Source: Actinomycetota bacterium (GTDB lineage: Bacteria; Actinomycetota; Acidimicrobiia; IMCC26256; JAGPDB01). From it: 57,271 nt of DNA. Made by a program: the position numbers and the translations under genes. Below the pieces are notes generated by a model. It had not been told where the DNA came from. It saw only the letters and a program-made list of their open reading frames with translations, and searched no databases. Below are positions 29,673 through 38,787 of the stretch, piece by piece; position 1 is the first letter of the stretch, and each line of letters begins with the position of its first letter. The stretch covers positions 1 through 57,271 of the forward strand of contig CAUJDU010000036.1 of assembly GCA_963169585.1 (NCBI GenBank), in the 5' to 3' direction.

Positions 29673-30800
29673 ATGCGTGACTTTTCTCAAAATATCTCCG
29701 AACTAGAAGTTCGTGTTGAACAAGCCAGTGTGTATCTAAAAGTTGACCAAGCCAGGATGAATTTGGAAGATCTGCAGGCTCAAGCTGGAGATCCAAAACT
29801 TTGGGATGATCAAGATCGAGCAAGGCAAATAACTAGCCAGCTTTCTTCATGTAAATCAGATATTGAGACCTTAGATAGCTTGAACGAAAAAGTTAGTGAC
29901 ATAAAAACACTTTCTGAATTAATGCGAGAGGCACAAGATGAAAGCCTGGAAGATGAAATAGATTCATTGGTATCTGCATTGTCTTTAGAGCTTGACCAGC
30001 TTGAATTACGATCACTTTTTATCGGCGATAATGATGAGCGAGATGCGATTTGTTCAATAAATTCAGGGGCAGGTGGTACAGAAGCATGTGATTGGGCAGA
30101 TATGCTTTTCCGTATGTATTCAAGATGGTGTGAACGAAATGGTTATGAATTGATTATCACGGATTTATCACCCGGTGAAGAGACAGGGATATCTTCAGTC
30201 GGTTTTACGGTTAAAGGTAGACATGCTTACGGCATGTTGACTGGGGAGAAAGGCGTCCATCGTCTAGTAAGAATTTCACCATTTGATTCGCAGAATCGAA
30301 GGCATACTTCTTTTGCTTCTATGGAAGTCGTACCAGCACTTGAAGCTCAAGAAATACCTGAGATAGATGAAAGCGAATTAAGAATCGATACATATAGAGC
30401 TTCTGGGGCAGGTGGACAACATGTGAACAAAACAGATTCAGCTATACGTATAACTCATATACCAACTGGAATTGTTGTCCAATGTCAAAATGAGAGAAGC
30501 CAAGTTCAAAACCGTGCTCAAGCTTTTGCGATTTTGAGTGCGAAGCTAGCCGAGAAACAACGATTAGACAGAGAAGCTGAAATAGCAAAAATATCTGGAG
30601 AGAAAATGGAAGTCGGCTGGGGGAGCCAAATAAGAAGTTATGTTCTTGCCCCATACCAATTAATTAGAGATGAACGAACAAAAGTTATTGATGGGAAAGA
30701 AACACCTATATATGAGACTGGAAATGTCGATTCGGTTTTAGATGGCGATATCGATGGATTTCTATCAGCATTCCTCCAGTGGCGAAGGACAAAATCATAG
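29673..30800 (+). CDS. prfB: Peptide chain release factor 2 (single uninterrupted ORF)
   Basis: SPF and GGQ motifs. The N-terminus is continuous in one frame. Confidence 0.95.
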   Translation: MRDFSQNISELEVRVEQASVYLKVDQARMNLEDLQAQAGDPKLWDDQDRARQITSQLSSCKSDIETLDSLNEKVSDIKTLSELMREAQDESLEDEIDSLVSALSLELDQLELRSLFIGDNDERDAICSINSGAGGTEACDWADMLFRMYSRWCERNGYELIITDLSPGEETGISSVGFTVKGRHAYGMLTGEKGVHRLVRISPFDSQNRRHTSFASMEVVPALEAQEIPEIDESELRIDTYRASGAGGQHVNKTDSAIRITHIPTGIVVQCQNERSQVQNRAQAFAILSAKLAEKQRLDREAEIAKISGEKMEVGWGSQIRSYVLAPYQLIRDERTKVIDGKETPIYETGNVDSVLDGDIDGFLSAFLQWRRTKS

Positions 30801-30899
30801 ATATCTAAAATAGAGATAGGTTAACGAAATAAAGAGTTTTAGCCTGTTTTATGGAATAAGTACCAAAGTATAGGGCGACTTTGATAGCCTGGAGACCTC

Positions 30900-31622
30900 A
30901 TGATTCGTTTTGAAAATGTTACAAAACACTACGGTTCAAACGTGGTGGCAATTAGAGATCTAAATATCGAGATCCAAAAGGGCGAGTTCTGCTTCCTCGT
31001 TGGACCGTCGGGGTCGGGAAAGTCTTCCTTTTTGCGATTATTGTTACGAGAAGAAGTCGCAAGCGCTGGAAGAGTGCTTGTAGCTGGCAGAGATATCGGT
31101 CGCTTAAGTCAATGGAGAGTTCCTCAGCTTCGCAGAAATATTGGCTGTATTTTTCAAGACTTCAAATTGTTGCCTAATCGCACAGTTTACGAAAATGTAG
31201 CATTTGCTCAAGAAGTAATTGGTAGGCCCAGAGATGTCATTCGTGCACAGGTTCCACAAATTCTCGAGCTTGTTGGCTTGGCAGAAAAACATAATCGTTT
31301 CCCAAATGAGTTATCCGGTGGGGAACAACAGCGTGTTTCTATAGCGCGTGCGTTTGTTAACCGTCCCCTTATCCTTTTGGCTGATGAACCAACAGGAAAC
31401 CTTGACCCTGCTACAACGGTTGGAATCATGCGTCTGCTGGATCGAATCAACAAAACAGGAACAACAGTTGTTATGGCCACGCATGATGTGCGAATTGTTA
31501 ATGAGATGAGAAGAAGAGTTATTGAACTTGAGCATGGTGTACTTGTTCGTGACCAACAACGTGGAGTATATGGTTCAGCACAACAAATTGAAGCAGATGA
31601 GAATGATGGGAGCGTGAAATAA
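30900..31622 (+). CDS. ftsE: Cell division ATP-binding protein FtsE
   Basis: GPSGSGKSS Walker A, LSGGEQQR signature, [11 protein letters not shown]. Confidence 0.95.
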   Translation: MIRFENVTKHYGSNVVAIRDLNIEIQKGEFCFLVGPSGSGKSSFLRLLLREEVASAGRVLVAGRDIGRLSQWRVPQLRRNIGCIFQDFKLLPNRTVYENVAFAQEVIGRPRDVIRAQVPQILELVGLAEKHNRFPNELSGGEQQRVSIARAFVNRPLILLADEPTGNLDPATTVGIMRLLDRINKTGTTVVMATHDVRIVNEMRRRVIELEHGVLVRDQQRGVYGSAQQIEADENDGSVK

Positions 31623-32512
31623 TGCTTTCCAGATTTCTTTATTTCTTAAGAGAGACATTTATTTCGCTATTTAGAAATTTCTCAATGACGATAGCTGCAA
31701 TTCTTACAATATTTGTGACTCTTTCTCTTGTAGGCGTATCTACTTTGGTGTATTTCTGGAACTTAGAAGGAACTAAGACGGTAGAAAAGTCTGTTCGTTT
31801 TGAAATATTTATGGTTCCAAATGCTCAGGAAGATCAAATTAAGGCCGTAAAGCAAGCATTGGAAAAAGATAAGAAGGATGGAAATGTTTCTAAGATAACT
31901 TTCATTTCCAAAGAAGAGGCTTTTGAATTTTTCAAAAAATCATTTGAAGATGATAAAGATATCGTTAAGTCAATCACAGCTGAAGATTTACCAGTAAGTT
32001 TTTTAGTAGCCCCATCTAAACCTGATGATGTTTTCGTTAAAGATTTAATTGCGAAGTATCAAGCAAGACCTGGAGTAGATGATGTTACTTTTGCAAACTT
32101 TGCAGATGAGATTAGGCGTGCTCAAACGATCAATAGGACCTTGGCTGTTTTTGCTATGGTCTTGCTGGCTGCCAGTTGTGTTTTAGTTTTCAATACAGTT
32201 CGACTAGCTGTGTATGCAAGACGGCGTGAAATTGAGATTATGAAATTGGTAGGTGCATCAAACTGGTTTGTTCAAGTTCCATTTATGGCTGAAGGAGCAA
32301 CACAAGGCTTGGTTGGTGGCCTAGTAGCTTCTTTGAGCGTAATTACGTTTAAAAGTTTGATTCTTGAAGAGCAATTTGGCCCTCCAAGTTTTAGAGGATT
32401 TGCTGTTACGAATGTACAATTGTGGATAACGCTTATCATGGTCGTATCGTTAGGTATTGCAATTGGTGTTGTCTCTTCCTATGTAGGACTCAAACGTTAC
32501 CTAGATGTTTAA
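31622..32512 (+). CDS. ftsX: Cell division permease-like protein FtsX
   Basis: Start shares 1 nt with the ftsE stop codon (31620-31622, TAATG). One TM helix, a periplasmic loop domain, then three C-terminal TM helices. Confidence 0.9.
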   Translation: MLSRFLYFLRETFISLFRNFSMTIAAILTIFVTLSLVGVSTLVYFWNLEGTKTVEKSVRFEIFMVPNAQEDQIKAVKQALEKDKKDGNVSKITFISKEEAFEFFKKSFEDDKDIVKSITAEDLPVSFLVAPSKPDDVFVKDLIAKYQARPGVDDVTFANFADEIRRAQTINRTLAVFAMVLLAASCVLVFNTVRLAVYARRREIEIMKLVGASNWFVQVPFMAEGATQGLVGGLVASLSVITFKSLILEEQFGPPSFRGFAVTNVQLWITLIMVVSLGIAIGVVSSYVGLKRYLDV

Positions 32513-32662
32513 TAAATATTTTTAATGCATCCATAGCCTTTTGCTAGCGAATTTCGTGAGGTTTTTCGCTATATTCGCCCATGTGCTAAATATACCATTT
32601 TTCAGGCTCTTTACTTTTCTGTACAAAGTGTCGAATAATACACGGGTTGGGAAAGGTGTAAA

Positions 32663-33865
32663 GTGCAAAAAAAACTATTTGGGAGAATTATTATCGCAAC
32701 ATTTTGTGTTGTGTTAACGATGCCAATCTTAGGTGCACCAGCATCTTCTAAACCGGCTAATTCAAATTCAGAAATAACGAAACTTAAGAACGAACTGGAA
32801 TACGTATCCAAACAAGAAGCAGAAGAGATTAAAAAGTATTTAGTTTTAAAATCTGAAAGCCAAAAGGCAAATGCCAACCTCGCAGTTATTGATAAAAAAA
32901 TCCGTGATGTGGAAGCAAGTAAACTTGCTGCACAACAAGCAGCTGAAATTGCACGTGCTGAGTTTGCTCACGCAGAGCAAAAGTATTTAGATGCTCAACA
33001 AGAATCAAAAGATGCAAAAGAGCGTAAGAAAAAAGCAGTCGTGAGACTTTATAAAGAGTCAACCGATTCAGATGAAGAACTTTCTATATTGAGTGCTACC
33101 CCAGACGATCGACAAGAAGTAGTACGAAAATCTTTATTATTGAAAAAATATAATTCAAACCAACTTGGTGTTGTTAACGAAGCAAAAATAAAAGCCATTA
33201 AAGCATCTGCAGAAAAATTACTTTTTGAAGATGCACGTATACGAGCGGAAGAGGCTGAAAAAGTTGCAAAGGAACAAGAAGAGGCATTAGTGCCCTTAAG
33301 GCTTGAATCCGCTGAAGCACAGAAAAAGGCAAAACAAAGTGAAGCAGCTGCATCAGTAATTGTAAACTCATTGAAATCTAAGAAATCCAGTTATAATGCT
33401 CAAATAGCACAGCTTGTTGCAGAATCAAATGCATTGGCTGAACAGATCAGAAAGAACCAGAATACAACAGTTGTTGTTGCGCCTGGGAAAATGATTAAGC
33501 CAGTAGGAGCTGGTATTTCGTCACCGTTTGGATATAGGACACACCCAATATATGGTGATGCAAGATTGCATGCAGGAATCGATTTCGACGCTAGTTATGG
33601 CACTGGAATAAAGGCCGCGCAAAATGGAAAAGTGATATTTTCAGGATCGATGAGTGGATATGGCAATGTCGTTATTGTCGATCATGGTGGCGGACTATCA
33701 ACACTGTATGCTCACCAAAGCTCGATTGCTGTCGGGCTTAATGCAACTGTTATTCAAGGTCAGATTATTGGCTATGTCGGTGCAACTGGGCAAGTCACAG
33801 GGCCACATCTCCATTTTGAAGTACGATCTAACGGTACTCCTGTTGACCCAATGGGGTACTTATAG
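32663..33865 (+). CDS. Secreted coiled-coil M23 (LytM-domain) peptidoglycan endopeptidase
   Basis: Signal peptide, long coiled coil, HAGIDF...HLHFEV M23 motifs. Lies next to ftsEX. Confidence 0.85.
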   Translation: MQKKLFGRIIIATFCVVLTMPILGAPASSKPANSNSEITKLKNELEYVSKQEAEEIKKYLVLKSESQKANANLAVIDKKIRDVEASKLAAQQAAEIARAEFAHAEQKYLDAQQESKDAKERKKKAVVRLYKESTDSDEELSILSATPDDRQEVVRKSLLLKKYNSNQLGVVNEAKIKAIKASAEKLLFEDARIRAEEAEKVAKEQEEALVPLRLESAEAQKKAKQSEAAASVIVNSLKSKKSSYNAQIAQLVAESNALAEQIRKNQNTTVVVAPGKMIKPVGAGISSPFGYRTHPIYGDARLHAGIDFDASYGTGIKAAQNGKVIFSGSMSGYGNVVIVDHGGGLSTLYAHQSSIAVGLNATVIQGQIIGYVGATGQVTGPHLHFEVRSNGTPVDPMGYL

Positions 33866-33923
33866 CCACATTTCGAAGCATAAGTAGTCCACTGGCAGTG
33901 GTCATAGGAATCTCGCATTTGAC

Positions 33924-34382
33924 TTGAACCTAGTTTATCGAGCAGATTATTCAGTCGTGGGTGGGGTGTTTGCACAAGATTTAGAGCGAAAGCTAGGCAT
34001 TAAAGACGGCCAGCGTATTGCGCTTATTGGTTCTACGACAGATGTATTCGAATATTTTTCGCAGCAATTTCCTAATCACGAGTTCGCAACGACGCTTAGA
34101 GGCAATTTTGATATAGTTCTATATTTCACTACAAGAAATTCTGATCTAACAAAAAAGGTGGCTGTACTAACTCGTTCGTTGCGAGAAAAAGGTGCTTTGT
34201 GGATTGCCTGGCCGAAAAGAACTTCACGGATTGTAACTGATCTCACATTCGATATTGTTCAAGAAGCTGGTATTTCTCAGTCGCTTATAGATACGAAGGT
34301 CTGTTCAATTTCAGAAGTTTGGTCCGCACTTCGGTTCGCACAGAGACAATCTCAACAAGTTCAAATCCCTGCTAACGCTTAG
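33924..34382 (+). CDS. DUF3052-like protein
   Basis: LGIKDGQRIALIG...ALWIAWPKR pattern; start codon uncertain. Confidence 0.55.
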   Translation: MNLVYRADYSVVGGVFAQDLERKLGIKDGQRIALIGSTTDVFEYFSQQFPNHEFATTLRGNFDIVLYFTTRNSDLTKKVAVLTRSLREKGALWIAWPKRTSRIVTDLTFDIVQEAGISQSLIDTKVCSISEVWSALRFAQRQSQQVQIPANA

Positions 34383-34398
34383 AACGCTATACAACCAA

Positions 34399-35007
34399 TT
34401 AATTTGGAGCTACAGCTTCTTTCAAGATGGCTATGACATGTTCTCTGCGAGTTTCTAGCGCGGCTTTGCTTAGAGGATCGCCGTCGATTACTGCACGCAC
34501 TAAGGAAGCATCAGACAAATAAGAGAGTGAAGCTCCGTAGCCAGTTATTAAGAGCTGTCTTGGATCATATGTTTTTAAACGACCTTGTTCCATTTCTGAT
34601 TGTAGATAAGCAGATCCTTGATCAACTAGTGGTCCAAGTGCAGTGCCAAGTTCACTAGAAAAGAGAGATTCTGGGTCTAGTGCTTCACGACGGGCTATCC
34701 GAACAAAGTACGGGTGCTGTTCGAAGAAAGTGAATGCTGCACGTAACAGTTTTTCTACTTGATCCCAACCGTTAATGTTGTCTCCGATAGCGTCAGTCAT
34801 CAAAAACACCCAGTCTGAAAACTCATCTAGAATCACTGCACGATATAGGGCCTCTTTTGAAGAAAAATGATGGAGTATGGAAGGTTTTTTTATCCCAACG
34901 TCTTCAGCAATTTCAGAAAGACTGACTCCAGCATATCCATGGTCGGCGAAGCGTTTTAAGGCGGCCTTTAGTATTAATGCTTTCGTATCATTTGGTGTCC
35001 TGGTCAC
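34399..35007 (-). CDS. TetR family transcriptional regulator
   Basis: N-terminal HTH (VSLSEIAEDVGIKKPSILHHFSSKEAL). Confidence 0.85.
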   Translation of the reverse strand: MTRTPNDTKALILKAALKRFADHGYAGVSLSEIAEDVGIKKPSILHHFSSKEALYRAVILDEFSDWVFLMTDAIGDNINGWDQVEKLLRAAFTFFEQHPYFVRIARREALDPESLFSSELGTALGPLVDQGSAYLQSEMEQGRLKTYDPRQLLITGYGASLSYLSDASLVRAVIDGDPLSKAALETRREHVIAILKEAVAPN

Positions 35008-35021
35008 GCATACATGTTAGT

Positions 35022-35100
35022 GGGGGTTGAACCCTACAAAAGGGATAAAAACACACATGGGTTACAAGTCAGGTTTGTTCCTTTTGTAAGGTTCAACCTC
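35022..35100. repeat. Palindromic ~80-nt repeat element, copy A (degenerate right arm)
   Basis: GGGGGTTGAACCCTACAAAAGG...CCTTTTGTAAGGTTCAACCTC. The first 34 nt are identical to the reverse complement of copy B. Confidence 0.8.
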
Positions 35101-35112
35101 TAGTAGTTCGTA

Positions 35113-37197
35113 CTATTTGAGTATTGAGAGAATATCCGTATATTCGTCTGTCCAAGGTTTAACCTTGCGAAAATCGTGGTTTCGTTTAACACTGCTAAAA
35201 GGCTTTTGATTAAGTAAATTCTTATCTCTAGTAAGTATTGCCCATTTCGCAGGTTCAGAGTTACCAATTATATTTACGTCATCCACAATATATACGAGGT
35301 ATGAATAGCCTTCTTTTTCTGCAATAGAAGCTATCACCGAGCGTAATTCCAGTCGATTACTTGAGATGTGCAGGAGGATAATTCCATTCGGATCTTTCAA
35401 ATTCTTTTCGTAGATTTTTAATGCTTCAGCAGTTAATAAATGTGTAGGTGCAGAGTCTCCATTAAATGCATCCAAAATAATGAGGTCGTATTTTTTAGCT
35501 TTCGGGTCTTTTAGCCTTTCTTGCATAAGAAGCCGACCATCACCGATGTTCACATGTGTATCTTCACACTTGTCTAAATATGTAAAGTATTTCTTTGCCG
35601 ACTTAGCAACGGTTTCACTAATTTCGTAATAATCATATGAATCTTTACCCTTGCACATACTAGATAGTTCACCAGCTCCCAGACCTAAAACAGCAACATC
35701 AATTTTTTCATTTTTTGCTCGTTCTCTTACATGCTCAAAAGAAGAGCTCAACGCTGAATTATCTAATGAAAAGTAAGGGCTAAGTTCATACTGGCGATCA
35801 GGATCTAGATGCTGGTTTCCTTGGACGACATGATTGTTGATCATTGATCTATAGTTATTTTGTTCTTTTACTTTTGTAACAACATAGAAATCTCTTTCTT
35901 GGAAAATTATGCCTTTATTGTCAGCGAATAAAAGAGTAAAAGATAGAAGTGCGATGAATGATATTGATGCACTTAGCATGGAAATATTTTTAACCTTAGT
36001 CGTCTTGTCTGATAAATAATTTTGGAATATGTAGAAAAGTAGGAATATCAGTGTAATTAAAATCCCAATTCGAAATTCGTAGATATCATTGAAAATAATC
36101 GGAGGGATAAGACTGGCAAAAAGTGTACCTAGTGCGCCACCCAATGAAGTAAACAAATAGAAAAAGGAGGACTTTTCCTTTGCTGGCCGAGAGGCATAAA
36201 GTTGGGAATGAAAGAAAAAGCCGAGCATAAAGAGTAAGAATACATATGAAGTTATTGTAAAAACTGCGCCTTGGTTGTTGAGCAACGACGAGATAGAGGC
36301 AGCAATAGCACAGGCTAAGAGTAATAATGAAGTATTATTAATTTTAATTCCGGTAAATGCGATGATGTAAGAAAGTAGATAAGCGCAAAGTGGGATTACC
36401 CAGAGCAATGGTATGGCCGTAATCTTCTGTGTAATTTCAGCTGTAGTTGCTACAAGCATAAATGTTGGTATCGATGAAAAGAGTAACCATTTTGTTATGG
36501 GGTAGTCCTTTATCTTTATTTTCAGAGGATGTTCTTCTTTAGCTTCATTAACTTTTGTAAGGATCGATAGTCGATAGCTAATGATAAGTGAAATGATTGT
36601 GAAAACAACGAAAAATACTGACCAAATTAGCTCTTGATTTTTTAATGTTGTCATTCTTTCGAATATGAAAGGGTAACTTAACAGTGCGAGTAGCGAGCCA
36701 ACATTTGAAATAGCGTAGAGCTTGTAGGGTTCTTTAGAGTTTGTTTTGGTAAACCAATGTTGAAACAAAGGTGATGTTGAACAAAGTAGCGTATATGGCA
36801 ACCCTACGCTTAGGAGTAATGTGGAAAGTACTGCAACTGAAGGATTCAGAGTCGTAGTTGATGTCCATTCGAGCGGGATCGATAGTGAATCGCGTTGGTA
36901 TATTGAGTAGATAACAAATATCAGACTAAGAACTGTTAAGGATGAGTGGATATAGATCTGTTTTATTGTAGAGATCTTGCCTAGGAAATATACGTAAGCA
37001 TAACCAACAAATAGCAGTGTGGAATAAAACATTAAGCTGGTTGTCCATACAGAAGAAGTCCCTCCAAACCAGGGCAGGAGATTTTTTGAGATAATAGGCT
37101 GGATTTGAAAGACCAAAAAAGCGCTCAGAAAAATTGCTAAAGCATAGAAATTTAGAAATATTGATTTATTAGATCTTTTTTGTAGGGAGGTCTTCAT
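35113..37197 (-). CDS. Polytopic membrane protein fused to a spermidine synthase-like (SpeE-fold) methyltransferase-type domain
   Basis: ~430 aa with many TM helices, then VAVLGLGAGE...DLIILDAFNGDSAPTHL. Lower GC than its neighbours by my hand counts. Confidence 0.75.
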   Translation of the reverse strand: MKTSLQKRSNKSIFLNFYALAIFLSAFLVFQIQPIISKNLLPWFGGTSSVWTTSLMFYSTLLFVGYAYVYFLGKISTIKQIYIHSSLTVLSLIFVIYSIYQRDSLSIPLEWTSTTTLNPSVAVLSTLLLSVGLPYTLLCSTSPLFQHWFTKTNSKEPYKLYAISNVGSLLALLSYPFIFERMTTLKNQELIWSVFFVVFTIISLIISYRLSILTKVNEAKEEHPLKIKIKDYPITKWLLFSSIPTFMLVATTAEITQKITAIPLLWVIPLCAYLLSYIIAFTGIKINNTSLLLLACAIAASISSLLNNQGAVFTITSYVFLLFMLGFFFHSQLYASRPAKEKSSFFYLFTSLGGALGTLFASLIPPIIFNDIYEFRIGILITLIFLLFYIFQNYLSDKTTKVKNISMLSASISFIALLSFTLLFADNKGIIFQERDFYVVTKVKEQNNYRSMINNHVVQGNQHLDPDRQYELSPYFSLDNSALSSSFEHVRERAKNEKIDVAVLGLGAGELSSMCKGKDSYDYYEISETVAKSAKKYFTYLDKCEDTHVNIGDGRLLMQERLKDPKAKKYDLIILDAFNGDSAPTHLLTAEALKIYEKNLKDPNGIILLHISSNRLELRSVIASIAEKEGYSYLVYIVDDVNIIGNSEPAKWAILTRDKNLLNQKPFSSVKRNHDFRKVKPWTDEYTDILSILK

Positions 37198-37325
37198 TAG
37201 GACTAACGTAACATTTTTAAGGTAATTTTGTAAGGACTATTTCGGTCTCATTCTTACATTTTTAGCTGCGTATGGTCGAAAATACTCAAAAAACCGACCA
37301 TTTTCGGCCCAACGTGAATAGAAAG

Positions 37326-37690
37326 TGGTGGAGGTGGGGGGTATCGAAACCCCCGTCCCTTGAGCCCTTTCATGAGCCTTCTCCGAGCGCAGTGTCTGGA
37401 AAGTTTTCGAATATCTGGGCGCCAGTCACACGCATCCAAATACCTAGTTAACTAAATATGTCCTCGTAAGTAGCTAACGCCTTACGGAGCAAGCACCGTA
37501 GTTGAACCCAGTGCGGCGACGGTGCCTGCCGCTTTGGGCACTGCTTAAAACTAATTAAGCAGCTAGTGCGTAGTTGGAGCTTTCGCTCTCATCTGTTGCA
37601 TTTATTATGTTTACAGACTCTTTAACGACAGTCTGCAACGTCGGCTCGCTTCTCTCACGGCTAAGTACAAGGTCGAAACCAAGCACCCCC
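37326..37690 (-). ncRNA. ssrA: tmRNA (SsrA)
   Basis: 5' GGGGGTGCTTGGTTTCGACC and 3' GGGGGTTTCGATACCCCCCACCTCCACCA on the minus strand. Tag ORF GCA...GCT GCT TAA (37599-37555) encodes ATDESESSNYALAA. Lies adjacent to smpB. Confidence 0.9.
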
Positions 37691-37730
37691 GCAGGTATAT
37701 TGTACCTCGACGTGTCAAGTTATTTTTACT

Positions 37731-37811
37731 GGGGGTTGAACCCTACAAAAGGAACAAAACGCGACATGGGAATCATATGTGTTTTTATCCCTTTTGTAGG
37801 GTTCAACCCCC
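37731..37811. repeat. Palindromic ~80-nt repeat element, copy B (perfect 22-bp arms)
   Basis: GGGGGTTGAACCCTACAAAAGG (37731-37752) is perfectly complementary to 37790-37811. Lies between the smpB stop and the ssrA 5' end. Confidence 0.85.
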
Positions 37812-37819
37812 AGTGGTGT

Positions 37820-38311
37820 TTAGCGGTTTCGCTGTTTAAGCGCACGTGCGATATCGCGGTTTGCATCACGTTTTTTAATATCGTCGCGCTTATCGTATTG
37901 TTTCTTTCCTCGGCCAACACCAATTGTCACTTTTACCATTCCTCGTACAAAATCGAGTCGAATAGGAATCAGTGTTACTCCACGTTCTTCTAGATGTTTA
38001 GACATCTCAAGGATTTCTTTTTTATGAGCTAATAAAACCCTGCTTCGATCTGGATCTACTTCTCCACGAGAAAATTCATAAGGTTTGATATGCATTCCAT
38101 ATAAAGTCAATTGATCACCGTCGGTTCTAGCAAAAGCTTCATCTATGGAAACATGTTTTAACCGCAAAGATTTTACTTCTGGTCCAAGTAAACTAATTCC
38201 ACATTGGTAAGTTTCTAGAATATGGAAATCGCGTTTCGCTTTCCTATTAGTTGCAATTAGGCCATCACCTCGACGTTGCTCAGGTGTTTGTTCTTTAGTC
38301 ATAGCCAACAC
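37820..38311 (-). CDS. smpB: SsrA-binding protein SmpB
   Basis: Typical SmpB sequence (IATNRKAKRDF...GISLLGPEVKSLR...) with a basic C-terminal tail. Confidence 0.95.
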   Translation of the reverse strand: MLAMTKEQTPEQRRGDGLIATNRKAKRDFHILETYQCGISLLGPEVKSLRLKHVSIDEAFARTDGDQLTLYGMHIKPYEFSRGEVDPDRSRVLLAHKKEILEMSKHLEERGVTLIPIRLDFVRGMVKVTIGVGRGKKQYDKRDDIKKRDANRDIARALKQRNR

Positions 38312-38361
38312 ATTCTAGTGATTGACGCTTATTGCTATGTAAGTAAGGGTATAGTGGCTTT

Positions 38362-38787
38362 ATGGCATGGACAATCTCCCAAGAATCCCATAAAAAAATG
38401 GTGCATGCTTGTATAGATGGATTTCCTCTTGAGGCTTGTGGGCTTTTCTTAGGATCTTTGGATCATGATGGTAAACCAACAGGTGAAATAAGTTTCGTAT
38501 ATCCGGCTAATAACTCAGAACAGTCAGCTCGAATTTATTCGATTAATACCAGAGATATGTTTGAGGCAACTAGGTTTGCTGATGAGAATGGTTGGGAAAT
38601 AATTGGTGCATACCATTCTCATACGCACACACAAGCTTATCCATCGCCTACAGATATAGAAAAAGCTGTTGATCCAAATTGGTGTTATGCGATCGTTTCG
38701 CTTAGTAAAGAAAAAGTTGAATCAAATTTTTTTCAAATTATTAATGGTGAAGTAAAAGAGTTGGATGTCGAATTAGTCATCCCTTGA
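38362..38787 (+). CDS. mec: JAMM/MPN+ metalloprotease (Mec-like CysO-processing hydrolase)
   Basis: E...HSHTHTQAYPSPTD JAMM motif; cysO-cysM context. Confidence 0.85.
   Translation: MAWTISQESHKKMVHACIDGFPLEACGLFLGSLDHDGKPTGEISFVYPANNSEQSARIYSINTRDMFEATRFADENGWEIIGAYHSHTHTQAYPSPTDIEKAVDPNWCYAIVSLSKEKVESNFFQIINGEVKELDVELVIP

Noticed and set aside
29673-29800. Looked for the programmed +1 frameshift site (CUU UGA C) usual in prfB
   Set aside because: The RF2 N-terminus is continuous in one frame from ATG 29673, so no frameshift is needed. That is common in Actinobacteria and is not a novelty.
32513-32662. Possible c-di-AMP (ydaO-type) riboswitch upstream of the M23 peptidase, as seen before some actinobacterial cell-wall hydrolases
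   Set aside because: I could not find the conserved paired ACGR/CCC-type core elements or a pseudo-symmetric fold by eye, and the region is AT-rich with no strong stems. Only a covariance-model scan could settle it.
37286-37310. Possible intrinsic terminator after the tmRNA 3' end (minus strand CCGA-aaaugg-UCGG followed by U6)
   Set aside because: Only 4 Watson-Crick pairs plus wobbles, and a competing 7-bp stem (AUGGUCG/CGACCAU) lacks a U tail. This is too weak to call.
37574-37993. 139-aa plus-strand ORF and 65-aa minus-strand ORF (37726-37923) spanning the tmRNA 5' region, the palindromic element and the smpB 3' end
   Set aside because: They run through a well-supported tmRNA gene, a perfect 22-bp-arm palindrome and the smpB coding region. 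They are reading-frame artefacts of those features.
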